Assembly: GCA_024762735.1 (NCBI GenBank)
Contig: JANTGU010000001.1
Span: 1-34,433 of the forward strand
Length of the DNA stretch: 34,433 nucleotides
Direction: 5' to 3'
Source of the DNA: Bacteroidales bacterium
GTDB lineage: Bacteria > Bacteroidota > Bacteroidia > Bacteroidales > F082
Part shown: in pieces, positions 1-9,586 of the stretch
Position numbering within the stretch: the stretch's first letter is position 1
How the letters are laid out: each line of letters begins with the position of its first letter
Made by a program: the position numbers and the translations under genes
Notes under the pieces: generated by a model
Told to the model about the DNA's origin: nothing
Database searches by the model: none
The model's input: only the letters and a program-made list of their open reading frames with translations

Positions 1-1128
1 CATGCCCACGTTGACCGCGACATGAAAAAAGAGTACCGACGCCACCCCGTAACCATATATCCTGCTAAAGGCCGACCGCTGTCGCTCCGCTAAAAATACC
101 AGCCTAACAAGGAGCGCCCAAAATAGCAGCAAAAGAATGGAACTCCCCACGAAACCCCGCTCTTCTCCAACGGTACAAAAAATAAAGTCGGTGCTTTGCT
201 CAGGCACAAAATGATACCGGGTCAGCATCCCTTGTTTAAACCCTTTTCCCATCAGGCCACCCGACCCAATGGCAATTTTCGATTGATTAACATTGTAGCC
301 CACCCCTCGCGGATCGTGCATCATGCCCAGCAATACTTTAATTCGATTGCGTTGGTGGGGCTGCAAAACTTCCTCAAAAGCAAAATGCACCGAAAAGACA
401 AACATCGAGGACAAAGCAAACAACAGGATGACGGTTTTATAGCTCTTGCGAGCCTTTTTCGAAAGCCAAATCAGCAGCAGTGCCAGCACGGCTAACCCGG
501 CAATTAAATAGAACTTTCCTATTAACAGGGTAAAAACAAACAGGGCTGCCACCACCAATCCCAACACGATAAAAATACCCGAAAAGCCCTCGCGATAAAG
601 TACCAGTATAAAAGAAAAATAGACCAGCGCCGACCCCGTGTCATTTTGAAGAAGGATAAGCAACGAGGGAAACATAATGATGATAATGGCTACCAGTTTG
701 GTTTTTAAAAGCGCCATGTTGACATTAAGTTTTCCAAGATATTTTGCCAATGCAAGTGCCGTGGCAAATTTGGCAAACTCGGCCGGCTGAATGGCAAAGG
801 CTCCTATTTGAAACCACGATTTGGAGCCTGCCACCGTTTTCCCAAACAGCAGCACCCCAATTAACAAAAACAGAATAAAAAAGTATATCCACCAGGCAAA
901 AGCTGAAAAAAACTTGGCATCAATAATCATGATAACAAAAGCCAACAGCAGCGCCAGTCCAATCCATAAAGCCTGTTTCCCAAACCGTTCCGATAAATCA
1001 AACATGGAAGCCGATGGGTCGTCAAACGATGCCGAGTAGATGGTAAACCATCCCCCGATGATCAACGTCAGGTATAAGATAACGGTAATCCAATCGGTAT
1101 TGGCCAATATGTTTTCTCTTTTTGTCAC
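1..1128 (-). CDS. rodA: Rod shape-determining SEDS peptidoglycan glycosyltransferase RodA (3' end runs off the window)
   Basis: Not in the ORF track. A GTG at 1128 overlaps the mrdA TGA (GTGA). Translation begins MTKRENILANTDWITVILY, includes IQPAEFAK, LQNDTGSALV and PEQSTDFIFCTVGEE, and ends VLFFHVAVNVGM at the window edge; these are FtsW/RodA motifs. Confidence 0.93.
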   Translation of the reverse strand, partial: MTKRENILANTDWITVILYLTLIIGGWFTIYSASFDDPSASMFDLSERFGKQALWIGLALLLAFVIMIIDAKFFSAFAWWIYFFILFLLIGVLLFGKTVAGSKSWFQIGAFAIQPAEFAKFATALALAKYLGKLNVNMALLKTKLVAIIIIMFPSLLILLQNDTGSALVYFSFILVLYREGFSGIFIVLGLVVAALFVFTLLIGKFYLIAGLAVLALLLIWLSKKARKSYKTVILLFALSSMFVFSVHFAFEEVLQPHQRNRIKVLLGMMHDPRGVGYNVNQSKIAIGSGGLMGKGFKQGMLTRYHFVPEQSTDFIFCTVGEERGFVGSSILLLLFWALLVRLVFLAERQRSAFSRIYGYGVASVLFFHVAVNVGM

Positions 1129-2948
1129 TTTTTCTTTTTATGAATTAAATCGCCCTCAAGTATTCGTTTTTCAAGTCTTTTTCTCTTGACCGTTCCCGTT
1201 AAATATTTTTCAATAAGAAGGCTGGCAATGGGGGCAGCCCATTTTGACCCGTAGCCACCGTTTTCAACCACCACCGAAACAGCAATCTTCGGATCATCCA
1301 TGGGTGCATAAGCGATAAATAACGAGTGGTCTTCGCCGTGCGGGTTCTGAACCGTTCCTGTTTTACCACATTGCTGCAGGCTGTCCACCTCGTAATAGTG
1401 TGCTGTTCCGTGTTCCATGGCAAAAACATCGCGCATGGCATCCTGCACAATATCAAAATACTTTGGCTTTACCGCCGTGTTGATTTTTGTTTTGTATTGA
1501 GCCATAAGGCTGTCCTCTCCCTCGGCCTGCCGTAAAAAATGAGGAGGATAGTAGTAACCCTTATTAGCTATTACCGTCACGAGGTTAGCCAGCTGAATGG
1601 GGGTAACCAATATTTCTCCCTGCCCAATGGCCAGCGAGCGCACGGTTAAGGCATTCCAGCTTCCGCGATACAGTTTATCGTAATAGGCTTTCGATGGAAT
1701 ATTCCCTTTCAACTCGAATGGAATATCGGTATTAAACTTTTGTCCAAATCCAAAGCTCTTTACATCGTTATACCACTTTTCGTAAGCCTGATGAGTGCCC
1801 CCCAGCGATGGTTTATTTAACAAGCTTTTAAAGGTGTTCCAAAAATAGGGATTACACGACTGTTTGATGGCTTCGTTAAGATCCAGCGGTGTTTTATGGT
1901 GATGGGTACATTTAATTGGAACCGATTCGGGACCCTGGCAGGAAAACTTGGTGTTGGGAGTGATGGCACGCTCCTGCAAAGCTATCAGTGCATTAATCAT
2001 TTTAAAAGTGGATCCCGGTGGATAGGTACCCATCACGGCACGATTCATCAATGGCTTTAACGAATCTTTCCGCAACAAAGTGTAGTTCTTCGATCGTGAG
2101 CGGCCAATTAATAAATTCAAATCGAAGCCGGGACTGCTCACCATGGCTAAAATGTCTCCCGACTTAGGCTCGATAATGACAATGCTTCCTACTTTGTTTT
2201 GCATAAGCTTTTCACCATATGCCTGCAAACCGGCATCGATGCTAAGAGTCAGATTTTTGCCGGGAACCGCCAGGGTGTCGTACTTACCATTTTGATAGCT
2301 CCCTTTAATGCGATTATGGACATCTACCTGAATCATCGTGGTGCCCTTGATTCCCCGCAGCATTTTTTCGTAAAAACGCTCAATGCCCGACTTGCCGATA
2401 TAGTCACCCGACCGGTAATAACTATCACGCTTTAAATCGCGCTGGTTTACCTCTCCCACGCTGCCAAGCAGATGGCCGGCAATAGGTTTTGTGTATTTTC
2501 TTAGAGCACGGCGCTGTACAAAAAAGCCCTTGTACTTGTACATTTTATCTTCAATTTTGGCATACTCATCTTTCGACAGCTGCTTGATAAAAACCGAAGG
2601 CTTGTACCTGGAATAGTGGATGGCTTTTTTCATCCGCTTTTTAAAATAAGCCGAATCAATGTTTAACAACGTGCAAAACTCGTTGGTATCGAGATTTTTA
2701 ATTTGTCGGGGAATCACCATCAAATCGTAAACAGCGTCGTTGTAAACCATCAACTTACCCTTTCTGTCGTAAATAAGTCCGCGCATAGGGTACTCGGTCA
2801 CGGTGCGAATGACTAGGTTCTTCGCCGAAGTTGAATACTTGTTCTCAACAACCTGCAGATAGTAAAGTTTCACGACAAACAGCGCCAATATCATTGTAAA
2901 AATGAAAATGACAACATATTTTCGTGAAGTATAATCTCTCTTGTACAT
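1125..2948 (-). CDS. mrdA: Penicillin-binding protein 2
   Basis: N-terminal TM anchor, RGLIYDR, GKSGIE, PPGSTFK (SxxK), SCN (SxN) and KTGT motifs; coupled to rodA. Confidence 0.93.
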   Translation of the reverse strand: MYKRDYTSRKYVVIFIFTMILALFVVKLYYLQVVENKYSTSAKNLVIRTVTEYPMRGLIYDRKGKLMVYNDAVYDLMVIPRQIKNLDTNEFCTLLNIDSAYFKKRMKKAIHYSRYKPSVFIKQLSKDEYAKIEDKMYKYKGFFVQRRALRKYTKPIAGHLLGSVGEVNQRDLKRDSYYRSGDYIGKSGIERFYEKMLRGIKGTTMIQVDVHNRIKGSYQNGKYDTLAVPGKNLTLSIDAGLQAYGEKLMQNKVGSIVIIEPKSGDILAMVSSPGFDLNLLIGRSRSKNYTLLRKDSLKPLMNRAVMGTYPPGSTFKMINALIALQERAITPNTKFSCQGPESVPIKCTHHHKTPLDLNEAIKQSCNPYFWNTFKSLLNKPSLGGTHQAYEKWYNDVKSFGFGQKFNTDIPFELKGNIPSKAYYDKLYRGSWNALTVRSLAIGQGEILVTPIQLANLVTVIANKGYYYPPHFLRQAEGEDSLMAQYKTKINTAVKPKYFDIVQDAMRDVFAMEHGTAHYYEVDSLQQCGKTGTVQNPHGEDHSLFIAYAPMDDPKIAVSVVVENGGYGSKWAAPIASLLIEKYLTGTVKRKRLEKRILEGDLIHKKKK

Positions 2949-3037
2949 ATTTTAACTGACCATCCTTTATTTGCGAGCCAGAACCCCCTCTACTTTAACC
3001 AAAACAACCAAAAATGCTTGTTGAAATTACCGGCACA

Positions 3038-3045
3038 CAAAAGTA
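3038..3045 (-). promoter_or_regulatory. Bacteroidetes -7 promoter box for mrdA-rodA
   Basis: TACTTTTG on the minus strand matches TAnnTTTG. Confidence 0.55.
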
Positions 3046-3157
3046 GCACAAAAATGTACAATCGTTTGCATAAGGGATTGCGAAAAACAGTTAAAAAAAA
3101 GCGCTTGCTAACAGAACTTCTTTTGGGCTGCTGTTAACAAATGAAAAATAAATCAGC

Positions 3158-3165
3158 TACTTTTG
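3158..3165 (+). promoter_or_regulatory. Bacteroidetes -7 promoter box for pfkA
   Basis: TACTTTTG lies downstream of the ATG at 3141, which favours ATG 3192 as the true start. Confidence 0.55.
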
Positions 3166-3191
3166 GCATCTTAAACAAAAAATTGAAAAAG

Positions 3192-4286
3192 ATGAAACGT
3201 TTGCTTATAGCCACCGGTGGCGGCGACTGCCCCGGGTTAAACGCCGTAATAAGAGCCGTGGTACATCGTGCCTCGCAGGAGAAAGATTGGGAAGTGCTTG
3301 GAAGTATTCAGGCGTTTAATGGTGTTTTGTGGGAACCAACCGAAATAGTGCCGCTTGACAACAAAGCCGTATCGGGCATCCATTTTCAGGGTGGAACCAT
3401 TATTGAAACCACCAACAAAGGAGGCCCGTTTGCCTGGCCGGTTAAAAATGGCGATGGAACCTGGACAACCGTGGATCGCTCCGACGATATGATTCGAAAA
3501 CTACAATATTTAAACATCGACGCGGTAATTAATATTGGCGGCGACGGCTCTCAACGAATTTCCAACAAGCTCTACGAAAAAGGGTTAAACATTATCGGGG
3601 TACCCAAGACCATCGACAACGATTTAAGTTCTACCGATTCTACTTTTGGATTTCAAACAGCCGTACAGGTTGCTACCGAAGCAGTTGACAAGCTGGTAAC
3701 CACCGCGGCCAGTCACAACCGTGTTTTCTTTTTGGAGGTGATGGGGCGTGATGCCGGTTGGATTGCCCTTAATGCTGCCGTGGCCGGAGGAGCCGAGGTA
3801 TGCCTTATCCCTGAAATACCTTACGATATCAACAAAGTTAAAGAGGCTCTGGAACAACGCTTTCATCGCGATCGCGGGTTTGCCGTGGTAGTGGTGGCCG
3901 AAGGTGCTTTCCCGAAAGGGGGCATGCCCGTGTTTGAACAGCCCAAAGAACCGGGATACGAAAACCGTATGCTGGGGGGCATCGCCCGTAAGCTAATGAC
4001 CGACCTAAAAGAGAAAGGGTTTAAGCCCGAAATGCGTGAAACCGTATTGGGGCACCTGCAACGGGGAGGCGTTCCCGTGGCTTACGACCGGGTATTGTCG
4101 GCACAATTTGGTGTAAAAGCCTTTGAAATGGTGCTAAATCAGGAATATGGTAAAATGGTGGCCTACCGCCATCCCGAATTTGTGGCTGTCCCCTTGAGCG
4201 AAGCAGTGGCAAAGCCAAACCTTGTTTCCATGAATAATGCACTGGTAAAAACGGCATTAGGTTTGGGTATATGCCTTGGAACATAA
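3192..4286 (+). CDS. pfkA: 6-phosphofructokinase (PfkA family, likely ATP-dependent)
   Basis: TGGGDCPGLN, GGDGS, PKTIDND, EVMGR and LGHLQRGG motifs. Confidence 0.92.
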   Translation: MKRLLIATGGGDCPGLNAVIRAVVHRASQEKDWEVLGSIQAFNGVLWEPTEIVPLDNKAVSGIHFQGGTIIETTNKGGPFAWPVKNGDGTWTTVDRSDDMIRKLQYLNIDAVINIGGDGSQRISNKLYEKGLNIIGVPKTIDNDLSSTDSTFGFQTAVQVATEAVDKLVTTAASHNRVFFLEVMGRDAGWIALNAAVAGGAEVCLIPEIPYDINKVKEALEQRFHRDRGFAVVVVAEGAFPKGGMPVFEQPKEPGYENRMLGGIARKLMTDLKEKGFKPEMRETVLGHLQRGGVPVAYDRVLSAQFGVKAFEMVLNQEYGKMVAYRHPEFVAVPLSEAVAKPNLVSMNNALVKTALGLGICLGT

Positions 4287-4375
4287 TTTTGTTTATAAAC
4301 TTTATAAATTAATATATTTGACTATCTTTGCCGCCATAATTCTATTATAATTAACAACTTAAAATTTTAAACAAT

Positions 4376-5191
4376 ATGGATTTTGATGTAACTAAAATGA
4401 TTGATGAAATTCAACCAATCATTACCGATTATGGCCTAAAACTTATAGGTGCCATCGTGGTACTTATCATCGGCCTTTGGATTGCCAAAATGATTACCAG
4501 ACAACTTGGTAAATTACTGAAAATTAGAAACTACGATGCTTCGCTTCAGGGTTTCTTAACCAGCTTGGTGGGCATCCTGCTCAAAACGTTGGTTTTTATT
4601 GCCGCGTTGGGCATGATGGGTATCGAGATGACCTCCTTTATTGCCATTCTTGGTGCTGCCGGTTTGGCTGTGGGCATGGCTCTTTCGGGAACCCTGCAAA
4701 ATTTTGCCGGCGGGGTGATGATTTTAATCTTCAGACCTTTTAAAGTGGGTGATTTGATTGATGCACAAGGATACCTTGGCGTGGTAAAAGATATCCAGAT
4801 TTTTGTTACCATCCTGACCACTCCCGACAACAAAACCATTATTATTCCAAACGGTGGTTTATCAACAGGATCGTTAACCAACTACAGCACCGAGCCTAAA
4901 CGTCGGGTTGACTGGACAGTTGGTTTTGGCTATGGTGACGATTACGACAAAGCCAGAGAGTTGGTGTTGGGTATTTTAAAAGCCGATAAAAGAGTGCTGA
5001 CAGATCCCGAACCATTTGTGGCTTTAGGGGCACTGGCCGACAGCTCAGTAAATTTAACCGTGCGGGCATGGGTAAATGCAGCCGATTATTGGGACGTGTT
5101 TTTCGACTTCAACGAACAGGTTTACAAAGTGTTTAACAAAGAGGGTATCAACATTCCATTTCCACAAATGGATGTTCATATTCAAAAATAA
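4376..5191 (+). CDS. mscS: Small-conductance mechanosensitive channel
   Basis: GAAGLAVGMALSGTLQNFAGG, RPFKVGD, IPNG and IPFPQ motifs; tandem TAnnTTTG boxes at 4313 and 4323. Confidence 0.92.
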   Translation: MDFDVTKMIDEIQPIITDYGLKLIGAIVVLIIGLWIAKMITRQLGKLLKIRNYDASLQGFLTSLVGILLKTLVFIAALGMMGIEMTSFIAILGAAGLAVGMALSGTLQNFAGGVMILIFRPFKVGDLIDAQGYLGVVKDIQIFVTILTTPDNKTIIIPNGGLSTGSLTNYSTEPKRRVDWTVGFGYGDDYDKARELVLGILKADKRVLTDPEPFVALGALADSSVNLTVRAWVNAADYWDVFFDFNEQVYKVFNKEGINIPFPQMDVHIQK

Positions 5192-5201
5192 TTTTTAATA
5201 C

Positions 5202-5247
5202 TGGCTGTAGCAAAGGTGCTTTTAGTACTTTTGTTACAGCCATTTTT
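5202..5247 (+). terminator. Intrinsic terminator after mscS
   Basis: 19-bp stem TGGCTGTAGCAAAGGTGCT/AGTACTTTTGTTACAGCCA with three G-U pairs, followed by TTTTT. Confidence 0.75.
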
Positions 5248-5259
5248 ATATCCTTTTAT

Positions 5260-5979
5260 ATGAGAAAAATACTAACCATCCTTTTTATTGGAGCCCTCGG
5301 TTTGCTTAGTACCGTTAAAGCACAAAAATTTTATACTACTTCGGGTGGGGAAATGATTTTTTCGTTTGCCACCATCGACAACAATGGAAATAGCGGCAAC
5401 AACATCATGCGGTGGTCGCCGGTTTTTAACTTCCAGTTTTTTGGAAACTACGATTTTTCAAAACATGCCGGGTTGATTTTTGGAGCCGCCGTAAGAAATG
5501 TTGGCTTTATTGATAACAACCCCGACGTTAACAACAGTGCTTACAAAAAAAAGTATCGCACCTACGACGTGGGTATCCCGGTAGGCATTAAAATTGGCAA
5601 TCTTGACCGGTTCTTTCTTTATGGCGGGTACGAAATCGAGTTTCCGTTTCACTACAAAGAAAAAACCTTTATTGACGGTTCAAAACAAGACAACAAAATT
5701 ACCGCCTGGTTTTCAAAGCGAACCCCCACTTTTTACAACACCGCTTTCGTGGGAATCCAGTTTCCCTACGGGCTTAACCTAAAAGTGAAATACTACTTTA
5801 CCAGCTTTTTTAATGAAGATTTTGTGCAGGTTGTTGATGGTATCGATACCAAGCCCTATGCCGGTATGAAAGCAAACATTATCTATTTTTCGTTAAGTTT
5901 CGATCTGTTTAAAAACTACAGCATCGATTACCACGACATGAAACCCCCGGCCAGCAAGGCGAACAATAACGTTTATTAA
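5260..5979 (+). CDS. Secreted hypothetical protein, probable outer-membrane beta-barrel
   Basis: Signal peptide ending AQ; aromatic-rich alternating strands. Confidence 0.65.
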   Translation: MRKILTILFIGALGLLSTVKAQKFYTTSGGEMIFSFATIDNNGNSGNNIMRWSPVFNFQFFGNYDFSKHAGLIFGAAVRNVGFIDNNPDVNNSAYKKKYRTYDVGIPVGIKIGNLDRFFLYGGYEIEFPFHYKEKTFIDGSKQDNKITAWFSKRTPTFYNTAFVGIQFPYGLNLKVKYYFTSFFNEDFVQVVDGIDTKPYAGMKANIIYFSLSFDLFKNYSIDYHDMKPPASKANNNVY

Positions 5980-5990
5980 TAAAGATAACC

Positions 5991-6878
5991 GTGAGCGGTA
6001 TTAACAACAGGAAACAAACCAAACGACAAGTGGGCGCATCGTATGTTACCACCATCATCAGTATTATGTTGGTGCTGTTTACCCTGGGGTTTTTAGGCTT
6101 GATTTTACTGCAGGCACGTTCACTGTCGCGCTACATTAAAGAAAATATCGGCTTTGAAATAGTCATTAAAAAAGGGGTGAAAGATGCTGATATTTTCCGT
6201 CTTCAAAAAATGCTTGATGCCCGCAACTATGTTAAATCCACCGAATACATTACCAAAGAAGAGGCTGCAACTCGGTTAAAAGAAACCCTGGGAAACGATT
6301 TTGTCAGTTTTTTGGGAGAAGAGAACAACCCGCTGCTTCCCTCGCTGGAGGTTAGGTTTAATGCCGATTGGGCCAGCCCCGACAGCTTAAAGATTATTGA
6401 AAAGAACGTGCTTAAAAACGGCATTGTTAAAGAGGTTTACTACCATAAATCGTTGGTAGATGTCATCAATAAAAACATCAGTCGCATCGGCATTATTTTG
6501 CTTGCCATCAGTTTGATATTAATTGTAATATCGGTGGCATTAATTAACAACACCATCCGGCTGGCGATTTTTGCCAAGCGTCACACCATTAAAAGCATGC
6601 AGCTGGTGGGTGCCACCAATGCCTTTATCCGTCGGCCTTTTGTACAGCGGTCATTGTTACATGGTGCATTAAGCGCGTTGCTTGCCCTGCTGCTGTTAAG
6701 CGTTGTAACCACCCTTTTAAAAGAAAACATTCCCGAACTGCAACTGTTGGAAGATCGGTTGACCATGCTCGTGCTTTACCTGGCCGTCTTTGTTTCCGGC
6801 ATTGCCATTTCCGGTATTTCTACCTGGTTGGCGGTTACGCGCTATTTAAAAACTGGTTCTGACAAACTTTATGGCTAG
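5991..6878 (+). CDS. ftsX: Cell division permease-like protein FtsX
   Basis: ENNPLLPS and INNTIRL...MQLVGAT..FIRRPF motifs, four TM segments, GTG start. Confidence 0.9.
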   Translation: MSGINNRKQTKRQVGASYVTTIISIMLVLFTLGFLGLILLQARSLSRYIKENIGFEIVIKKGVKDADIFRLQKMLDARNYVKSTEYITKEEAATRLKETLGNDFVSFLGEENNPLLPSLEVRFNADWASPDSLKIIEKNVLKNGIVKEVYYHKSLVDVINKNISRIGIILLAISLILIVISVALINNTIRLAIFAKRHTIKSMQLVGATNAFIRRPFVQRSLLHGALSALLALLLLSVVTTLLKENIPELQLLEDRLTMLVLYLAVFVSGIAISGISTWLAVTRYLKTGSDKLYG

Positions 6879-6958
6879 ATTGAGAGATTTCTATTACTTT
6901 TGAGGAAATTTTTTAACCAACGCAATATCCACATTATTTATTGCAATTTAAGTTTAAC

Positions 6959-7228
6959 ATGATGAAGACAAAAGAGGTAAAAAACAAAAATCAAAACGTG
7001 GAAGATTTATTCCCGTTTCATAAAGAAAATTATAAATACCTGTTTTTAGGATTAATTCTGTTGGCACTGGGTTTTATTCTAATGATTGGGGGTGGCTCCG
7101 ATGATCCCAATAAATTCAGCGATGCCCTTTTCGACACACAACGTCTTACCATTGCGCCATTGCTGTTAATTGCCGGGTTTGCCGTTGAAATGTGGGCTGT
7201 GTTAAAACGTCCCGGTCATAAAAACTAA
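6959..7228 (+). CDS. DUF3098-like small membrane protein
   Basis: F.KENY...LMIGGGSDDP.KFS...F...R..IAP pattern; usual ftsX-DUF3098-uppP-truB synteny; -7 box at 6895. Confidence 0.8.
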   Translation: MMKTKEVKNKNQNVEDLFPFHKENYKYLFLGLILLALGFILMIGGGSDDPNKFSDALFDTQRLTIAPLLLIAGFAVEMWAVLKRPGHKN

Positions 7229-7240
7229 CCTCTTTAATTT

Positions 7241-8032
7241 ATGGATATGACTTGGTTTCAAGCACTGGTACTGGCAATTGTTGAAGGCCTTACTGAATTT
7301 CTTCCCGTATCTTCTACCGGACACATGATTCTTACCGAGGGAGTTTTGGGCATGAAGAGCAACGACTTTATTCAGGCCTTTATTGTCAATATTCAGTTTG
7401 GTGCTATCTTATCGGTAGTGGTACTTTACTGGAAGCGGTTTTTTCAATCGCTTAAGTTTTATTACAAACTTTTCGTGGCTTTTTTGCCGGCAGCCTTTTT
7501 TGGCTTGCTGCTTCACGACTATATCGACCAACTGTTGGAAAGTGTTTATGTGGTGGCCGTGATGCTAATAATAGGTGGCGTAATTTTGATAATGGTTGAC
7601 CAATGGTTTAAAACCACCGCCGAAAAAGGGAAAGAAGACGTTACTTACAAAAACGCACTGGTTATCGGACTTTTCCAGGTGCTGGCCATGATACCGGGTA
7701 CGTCGCGTTCAGCTGCCACCATCATTGGCGGGATGGTTGAGAAAATGAACAAAAAAGCAGCTGCCGAGTTTTCCTTCTTTTTGGCAGTCCCCACCATGGT
7801 GGCCGCTTCGGGGTATAAACTGCTCGAAAACCACGAAGCCATTACCTCCGACAACATCGGGTTGTTGATTTTTGGCAACGTGATTGCTTTTATCGTGGCA
7901 CTGCTGGCTATCAAATCATTCATCAGCTTTTTAACAAACCACGGCTTTAAAGTTTTTGGCTACTACCGCATCATTGTCGGCGTGGTTATTTTGGTGCTCT
8001 ATTTGTTCGGCGTTGATTTAACAATTTCCTAA
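7241..8032 (+). CDS. uppP: Undecaprenyl-diphosphate phosphatase
   Basis: [20 protein letters not shown] and [11 protein letters not shown] motifs. Confidence 0.95.
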   Translation: MDMTWFQALVLAIVEGLTEFLPVSSTGHMILTEGVLGMKSNDFIQAFIVNIQFGAILSVVVLYWKRFFQSLKFYYKLFVAFLPAAFFGLLLHDYIDQLLESVYVVAVMLIIGGVILIMVDQWFKTTAEKGKEDVTYKNALVIGLFQVLAMIPGTSRSAATIIGGMVEKMNKKAAAEFSFFLAVPTMVAASGYKLLENHEAITSDNIGLLIFGNVIAFIVALLAIKSFISFLTNHGFKVFGYYRIIVGVVILVLYLFGVDLTIS

Positions 8033-8736
8033 TGGCTTTTGATTTTGTACAGGGCGAAGTGTTGCTGGTTGATAAACCGCTGGAGTGGACTTCGTTTGAC
8101 GTGGTAAATTTTATCCGTTCGTTTCTGCGTAAAAAATATGACCTTAAAAAATTAAAGGTAGGTCATGCCGGCACGCTCGATCCACTTGCCACGGGATTGT
8201 TGATAATATGTACCGGTAAAATGACCAGGCAGATTGATACGTTTCAGGGAATGGACAAGGTGTATGTTGGGCAGATGAAACTGGGAGCTACCACCCCGTC
8301 GTTTGACAAAGAGACCGAAGAAGACAGTCAGTTTGCCATCGATACTATTTCGGAAAAAGATCTTTTTGAAACCGCGAAAAAATTCCTTGGCGAAACAGAC
8401 CAAATTCCTCCCCTCTATTCGGCTGTTAAAATTGATGGCAAAAGGGCTTACGAGCATGCGCGCAAAAAGGAACATCGTGAAATAAAAGCCCGAAAGGTTA
8501 TTATTCACGATTTTAACCTGCTTAACATCGACTTACCGCTTATCGACTTTTATGTAAAAAGCAGCAAGGGTACCTACATTCGCTCGTTGGTACGCGACTT
8601 TGGAAAAGCGTTAAACAACGGGGCTTACCTTACTGCGCTACGACGCACCCAAATTGGCTCGTTCTCGGTAAAAGATGCCTATACCCTCGATGCTTTTAAA
8701 GAGGCTGTAATGATAGAAACTGATAACCATGAATGA
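8032..8736 (+). CDS. truB: tRNA pseudouridine(55) synthase
   Basis: KVGHAGTLDPLATG, PPLYSAVK and KGTYIRSL motifs. Confidence 0.95.
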   Translation: MAFDFVQGEVLLVDKPLEWTSFDVVNFIRSFLRKKYDLKKLKVGHAGTLDPLATGLLIICTGKMTRQIDTFQGMDKVYVGQMKLGATTPSFDKETEEDSQFAIDTISEKDLFETAKKFLGETDQIPPLYSAVKIDGKRAYEHARKKEHREIKARKVIIHDFNLLNIDLPLIDFYVKSSKGTYIRSLVRDFGKALNNGAYLTALRRTQIGSFSVKDAYTLDAFKEAVMIETDNHE

Positions 8737-9574
8737 GCAACATCAATCCATCGTAGTAACCAAAAATACGGGTGAAAAAGATGTTTTTGATGCGGAAAAA
8801 CTGAAGTCAGCCTTGCGTCGTTCGGGGGCTACTGAAACCGAAGTGGATTTGGTTGAGCAGGAAGTTTTGTATAACCTTTACGATGGTATCACCACCAAAA
8901 AAATTTACCGGCTGGCCTACAACCTGCTTCGGAACAAATCGAAACGAACAGCAGGCAGATACCGGTTAAAGAGTGCCGTGATGAGTTTGGGCCCTTCGGG
9001 CTATCCTTTCGAAAAATTTTTAGGCCGCTTGTTTGAAAGCAAGGGCTATAAAGTATCGGTGAATAAAATAATCAAGGGTAAATGTGTAACCCACGAAACC
9101 GACCTGATAGCCAATAATGGCACCGAGCAAATCATGGTCGAGTGTAAGTTTCACAGCAGGATTACACAAAAAAGCGATGTTAAAGTACCGCTTTACATTC
9201 AATCGAGGTTTCTTGATATTAAAGCTGTTTGGGAGCAAAATCCGGATTTAAAAAATACTCGGCTTTACGGCATGGTAGCCACCAATACCCGCTTTACCGA
9301 AGATGCCAAAGATTTTGCCCGCTGCGTGGGACTTAAAGTGATCAGCTGGGATTATCCCTCCGGGAACAGCTTGCGCGAATGGATTGACGATAGCGGTTAT
9401 TATCCCATTACCGCCTTGCAATCGTTGCGAAAAAAAGATACCGAACTGCTGCTTGAAAACAACCTGGTGTTATGCCGCGAGCTTGAACCAAACAGGCAAA
9501 AGTTGCGCGACCTTAACTTTAGCGAAAGCAACATAAAAAAAATACTTACCGAAGCCGCTCATCTGATTTCTTAA
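8729..9574 (+). CDS. ATP-cone domain fused to Mrr-like PD-(D/E)xK endonuclease
   Basis: N-terminal VTKNTGEKDVFDAEKL ATP-cone pattern; FE...HETD...VECK nuclease motif. Confidence 0.75.
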   Translation: MNEQHQSIVVTKNTGEKDVFDAEKLKSALRRSGATETEVDLVEQEVLYNLYDGITTKKIYRLAYNLLRNKSKRTAGRYRLKSAVMSLGPSGYPFEKFLGRLFESKGYKVSVNKIIKGKCVTHETDLIANNGTEQIMVECKFHSRITQKSDVKVPLYIQSRFLDIKAVWEQNPDLKNTRLYGMVATNTRFTEDAKDFARCVGLKVISWDYPSGNSLREWIDDSGYYPITALQSLRKKDTELLLENNLVLCRELEPNRQKLRDLNFSESNIKKILTEAAHLIS

Positions 9575-9586
9575 AAACAATTTATT

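Noticed and set aside
196..1039. Plus-strand ORFs 196-495 and 821-1039
   Set aside because: Antisense shadows of rodA, which the ORF track missed because it runs off the window.
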